A DNA stretch of 64,000 bases, taken from Rhynchopus sp. YZ270_cl-10. Taxonomy: Eukaryota. The stretch spans positions 124,001 through 188,000 of the forward strand of contig OZ037846.1 in NCBI GenBank assembly GCA_964035575.1, written 5' to 3'. Of this stretch, positions 59,633 to 64,000 are shown in pieces. Under the pieces are notes generated by a model. It saw only the letters and a program-made list of their open reading frames with translations. It was not told where the DNA came from and did not search any database. The position numbers and the translations under genes are program-made. How positions within the stretch are numbered: position 1 is the first letter of the stretch; every line of letters begins with the position of its first letter.

Positions 59633-60489
59633 GGGCAGAACAACTTTATATTTTGGTTCTCGTTTGCGCGCGCACCTTTTTTTGAGATTTGGGGAAAAAA
59701 TAAGTTTTTGGAGAATAAGTTTTGACCAGTACAAGGGGGACGGGGTGCTGTAGAGTACAAGGGGATGACGACCGTAAGACAGGTAAGCTCAAGAAGTTTG
59801 GCTGCCTTTACCCATTTGGGTATGGGTTCATATTTTGTGAAAATTTTAGTCACTGAAATTGTGTCCATTTTTCTGTATATCCCCCACCACAGAACGGGCG
59901 GATTCCGGAAATGCAAATGCCGGTGTTTTCGGGCATTTTCATGTTTTCAGCATCAGGGTGAGAAAATCTGGGTTGTGGTATTTACTTGGCCCTCTTTACA
60001 TGGATTTTGACCAAAACCAAGAACTTGTCCATTTCGGCAAATTGACCCCATCACACAACGGACGGATTCCGAAAATGCAAATGCCGGTGTTTTCGAGCAC
60101 TTTCATGTTTTCAGCATCCGGACGGGGCCGGGGCCAGGGGACTACTGAGTTAGGTATACCCTGTGTGACCCTTTTAGAGATGGGCCCCGAAAAAGCATGT
60201 GCAAAACTGTACCGAAGAAAAGTCGTGAAAATTTAATCCCTGTAACCAACCCAACCCCTCAGGCCTGCCAACCCCTCATTGTTCCTGAAACTACTTCGTC
60301 AAAAAAAACTTTAGCGAAACTTTAGCGTGTAGCCACCCCATAGTGGAGCACACTCTAGGGTGGCTACACACCAATACAACCAAGTTTTCAAAAAACTTAT
60401 TTTCAGTGAAAGAACTTATTATTTGCGCACGCGCGCACGATTTTGGGATCCCCAAATAACGAGAACCAAAATAAAAAGTTGTTCTGCCC
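59633..60489. mobile_element. PIF/Harbinger (Tourist-like) MITE, TIR GGGCAGAACAACTTT, TSD TAA
   Basis: TAA on both sides; empty paralogous site AAAAGATAAAACAAA at ~54311-54325. Confidence 0.88.
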
Positions 60490-60593
60490 TAAAACAAACA
60501 AAAGTTTTTGCGTTCCTCGTGCTCTCGTCGTTGTCCCTTTCCAGGTTGTGACGTGGTGGGTGCCAGAGCAGACAGGCGCAATATACCTCATTG

Positions 60594-62045
60594 CTAAAAG
60601 ACTTCCCTACGGTGCTCGAGGAGAACCTGCACCACATCTGCATGTTGTTCCACCCTCGCACGGTCCAATGCAGTGTGGCCCAACAAATTTCTGTGGTTCA
60701 CGTCCACCTCTGGCAAGCCCACAAGATAGCGCACAGTCTCGGTGTGTCCATAACGAGCCGCAACGCTGAGGCATCTGTCACTCTTGTCATCCATCTCACA
60801 TACGTCCGCACCTGCTTCGACCAACATCTGCACAATTTCAGGATTTCCCACCATACAAGCACGGTGAAGAGGCGCACATCCATTGTCGGTCTTTGCTTCG
60901 ACGTCTGCCCCCGCATCAATGAGCACCTTCACCACATCTGAGTGCTTCCGTAACACTGCGCGGTGCAATGAAGTGTATCCCTTGTTACTTGAGTGATTCA
61001 TGTCCACTTCTGGCAAGCCCACAAGATAGCGCACAGTTTCGGCTTCTCCACGAGCTGATGCACCCGCAAGACACGTGCTTCCATTGTCGTCTGTGACACG
61101 CACTTCTGCACCTGCTTTCACCAACAGCTTCACAACGTCGAGTCCTCTTGAAAGGTGCAGAACTGAACTTCCCGTGGCATCATCCTTTGCCTCGATGTCT
61201 GCCCCTGCATCAATGAGCACCTCCACCACAGCTGCATGGTTGTTATTAGCTGCGCAGTGCAACGCAGTGAGGCTTTTGTTATTCTTGTGATTCACGTCCA
61301 CCTGTGGCAAGCCCACAAGATAGCGCATCGTCTCGGTGTGTCCACGATAGGTCGCAAAGAAAAGACATGTGTTTCCTTCGTTGCTTGTGGCACGTACTCC
61401 TGCACCTGCTTTCACCAGCATCTTCACAATCTGGAGATTCGCACTGCTTGCCACGAGGAGTGGCGAACGTCCATCGTTGCCCTTTCGCTCAATATCTGCC
61501 CCTGCATCAATGAGCACCTCCACCACATCTGCATGCTTGTTACGTACTGCAGAGAACAACGCAGAGCGGCCGTCGTCAGATATGTGATTCACGTCCACAT
61601 CCTTCAAGCCCACAAGATAGCGCACAGTCTCGGCTTCTCCACGAGATGATGCACACATAAGACACGTGCGTCCATTGTTGTCTGTGACACGCACCCCTGC
61701 ACCTGCTTTCACCAACAGCTTCACAACGTCAAGTGCTCCTGAACGGCAAGCCCAGTGCAGAGGCGAACGTCCCATGCTGTCCTTTGCTTCGATGTCTGCC
61801 CCTGCATCAATGAGCACCTGACACACTGCAGGGTCTGCCCACATGGCTGGACAGGCACGCCCTTCTGTATCCTCCTGCCCGTGTGGGACCATCGCCACGT
61901 TGCTGCAGACTGACTTCCAATGCTGCAAGAGAGTCATGTCCCTCTTCTTGGAAGCCTCCACCAAGACCTCGTCTGCAGAAATCTTTGTACTCTTTGGTGG
62001 GTTCTCGTCCAATGTAGTGTCCACATCCACGTGTCGCTTCGACAT
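60594..62045 (-). CDS. Ankyrin-repeat protein paralogue, 483 aa (in-frame N-terminal deletion, fewer repeats)
   Basis: Shares its N- and C-termini with 54416..56668; ORF intact. Confidence 0.92.
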   Translation of the reverse strand: MSKRHVDVDTTLDENPPKSTKISADEVLVEASKKRDMTLLQHWKSVCSNVAMVPHGQEDTEGRACPAMWADPAVCQVLIDAGADIEAKDSMGRSPLHWACRSGALDVVKLLVKAGAGVRVTDNNGRTCLMCASSRGEAETVRYLVGLKDVDVNHISDDGRSALFSAVRNKHADVVEVLIDAGADIERKGNDGRSPLLVASSANLQIVKMLVKAGAGVRATSNEGNTCLFFATYRGHTETMRYLVGLPQVDVNHKNNKSLTALHCAANNNHAAVVEVLIDAGADIEAKDDATGSSVLHLSRGLDVVKLLVKAGAEVRVTDDNGSTCLAGASARGEAETVRYLVGLPEVDMNHSSNKGYTSLHRAVLRKHSDVVKVLIDAGADVEAKTDNGCAPLHRACMVGNPEIVQMLVEAGADVCEMDDKSDRCLSVAARYGHTETVRYLVGLPEVDVNHRNLLGHTALDRARVEQHADVVQVLLEHRREVF

Positions 62046-63019
62046 GGTTTTTATTTAGTATGCTGGTGGGTGGTGTGTTCTTCTCTCCTAATTGAGGGCT
62101 AACACACGACGACCCTTCTGAGTTCTGACAGTTCGTTTGAGCACCTGGTGTCTGAATATGCCTAGGGGGGTTCCGACCTAGGGGCTATCAAATGGGGTAA
62201 CATTGGGATTTTTTTCAAATAAAAAACGTGTTTCTGTGTTCTGATGATGAAATCCACCCCACAGCCCCATAAAAATGACACATGAGCCCAAAAACCCCGG
62301 TTTTGGGGTGATACTCCTGGGGGGGTGGGGTGGAAATCAGAAGTGCCTCGTGCCTGGGTCGGAAGACGTTTGGCAAAAAGGCTCTTCAGAAACAAAAGTT
62401 GACTTGAACTACAACAGCCCTCTCGTGACAGTGTGTACCTTTGGTACATCTGCACCGGGTGGAAACAAGATTTTGATCCTAAACCTCTCTGTGCTTAGAA
62501 CCGTTGGGAACCGTCGGGGGGGCGCAGTGTTCGCTCTGCAACGCCACTAAAAGGTTAACATTGAAAGCAGAAGATGAACGAGGAACCAAATACTCACAGT
62601 GTTCCAGCTACATACTACCTTCAAGCAAGCTGCCCCCTTACCCCATCCCGTCAGTTGGCACAACGGAAGCACTTCAAAAGACAGCCACGCCCGGAAGAGG
62701 TGGGTTTATTTTGTGCTGTTCTGGAAAAAGTAAGTGTAAAAAAAAAAAATAGTGTACTTTGTGTCCACTTCTTTCTGAGCGACCCTTCCCTCCCTCCCCC
62801 TTTTTTTGCGACAAAAAAAAAGGCATTTGAAAAGAGTGTAACGGTACCCACAAAACAAATAGGCGAGGAACCGGGGGGGGGAAAGAGAGAGGTGTCTACA
62901 CGTCATCAATTAATCAAACGTACCAAAAAATACCGTGAGGTTTGAGACGAACCTCACGAAATGACCGCATTTTTGTATTAATGTAGCCACCCTAAGTGTG
63001 CTCCAGTATTTTCATCCAC

Positions 63020-64000
63020 TCAACACACAAGCCGATAGACGTCGTGGCTCCCTTTGTGCGGGACCAGCACATCCCCGAGGGAGGTGGTGACGTGCCCCTC
63101 TGGTGGTGCGAAGAGACACACATTGCCACAGCGCACAGCCTCCTCGCAGAGCGTCCAGGAGCGGCGCACGCAGCGGCCGACGACGGTCACGAAGCGTTGG
63201 CTGCGTGCTCCGACGTCGCCGTGCTGCACGACCCCGCTGACGAGACCTGCGCCGTTGACAACGCAGGAGGCGTTCATGAGACGCGAGACAAAGCGCACCG
63301 CCGCTTCTGTGTGCGCTGGCGCAGAGCGTGTCACGTTCCACCCAACGCAGACGTAGCTGCCCAGGAGCGTGACCACCACACCACCGCTCTGATCCAAGGC
63401 TACTGTCAGTGTGGTCAGCGCAACGCTCATGTTGTGCAGCGCAACGGGGCTCTGCTCGTCGCCAACAGACAGCTCTGTGACACCAACCGTGGCGGAGACC
63501 AGGCGTGCCGACCCAGCGATGATCCTGCTTGCCTCGCCAGCCAGATCGCTGCGCTCTGTGGCGCGGGAACGGAGTGAGCTCGCAAGAGAGTCGCAGCATG
63601 TGTCGTCTGGGGCAGCGCGTCCTGTGGTTGGGTCGCGGAGGAAGACGTGCTTGCGTCCTGCAAGTGACTTAGCCCATATGTTCGAGACAAACGTGTTTCC
63701 AGACACACCCTTCAAATCAAGAGCCGCAGTATCACCAACTATGCCGTTGCAACCATTGCATTCAGAAGACCACAATGCAGAGCAAATCGCCACAGCGCCA
63801 GGTGAGCAAATGGTTTCAAGGCGTGATGCGACGTTGACAGTGTGTCCGAAGTAGTCCATGCGTCCAGTGAGTGTGTTCAGCTCCGCAGTGACAGGCCCTG
63901 TGTTGATCCCAATGCGGACAGTGAGGCCACACCACAGCAAGCCCTGCTTAGCGCAGATCGGTGCGTCCTCCATAAGAGACGGCGGCCACTCCGCCTCGCG
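63020..64000 (-). CDS. Class III adenylate/guanylate cyclase, C-terminal part; a degenerate cyclase-like domain follows; 5' part lies outside the window
   Basis: GLTVRIGINTGP...GRMDYFGHTVNVASRLE...LKGV resembles euglenozoan receptor-type cyclases. Confidence 0.88.
   Translation of the reverse strand, partial: REAEWPPSLMEDAPICAKQGLLWCGLTVRIGINTGPVTAELNTLTGRMDYFGHTVNVASRLETICSPGAVAICSALWSSECNGCNGIVGDTAALDLKGVSGNTFVSNIWAKSLAGRKHVFLRDPTTGRAAPDDTCCDSLASSLRSRATERSDLAGEASRIIAGSARLVSATVGVTELSVGDEQSPVALHNMSVALTTLTVALDQSGGVVVTLLGSYVCVGWNVTRSAPAHTEAAVRFVSRLMNASCVVNGAGLVSGVVQHGDVGARSQRFVTVVGRCVRRSWTLCEEAVRCGNVCLFAPPEGHVTTSLGDVLVPHKGSHDVYRLVC

Larger units (their letters stand above)
54150..63124. repeat. 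Tandem duplication (~54150-58590 and ~59490-63124) of an ankyrin gene, its upstream region and the cyclase 3' end
   Basis: Collinear similarity, e.g. 56940-57460 vs 62168-62740 and 58460-58588 vs 62995-63124. Confidence 0.9.

Overview
Repeat-rich eukaryotic genomic DNA with GT-AG introns and all host genes on the minus strand. A diplonemid/euglenozoan origin is an inference from the receptor-type adenylate cyclase, the co-oriented genes and the GH28 gene. Host genes: a 5-exon longin R-SNARE (VAMP7-like); two disrupted tandem copies of a Cys-rich EGF-like type I membrane protein; a secreted GH28; two ankyrin-repeat paralogues; the 3' part of a class III cyclase; and a ~2,984-aa five-exon type I membrane protein. 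That protein has seven tandem alpha-carbonic-anhydrase domains (only domain 5 keeps all three Zn-binding His) and three cytoplasmic Tudor/agenet-like repeats. The rest is nested mobile DNA, and two local duplications give filled/empty site pairs. It includes a 5'-truncated non-LTR retrotransposon in (CA)n with an archaeal-type RNase H, and a 13.8-kb element with a 6-bp TSD that holds an intact MULE whose transposase has an apparent Josephin-like protease domain and which carries a 2.9-kb palindrome. There are also three unrelated hairpin-plus-asymmetric-inverted-repeat elements and many MITEs. All calls are by eye; no searches were run.
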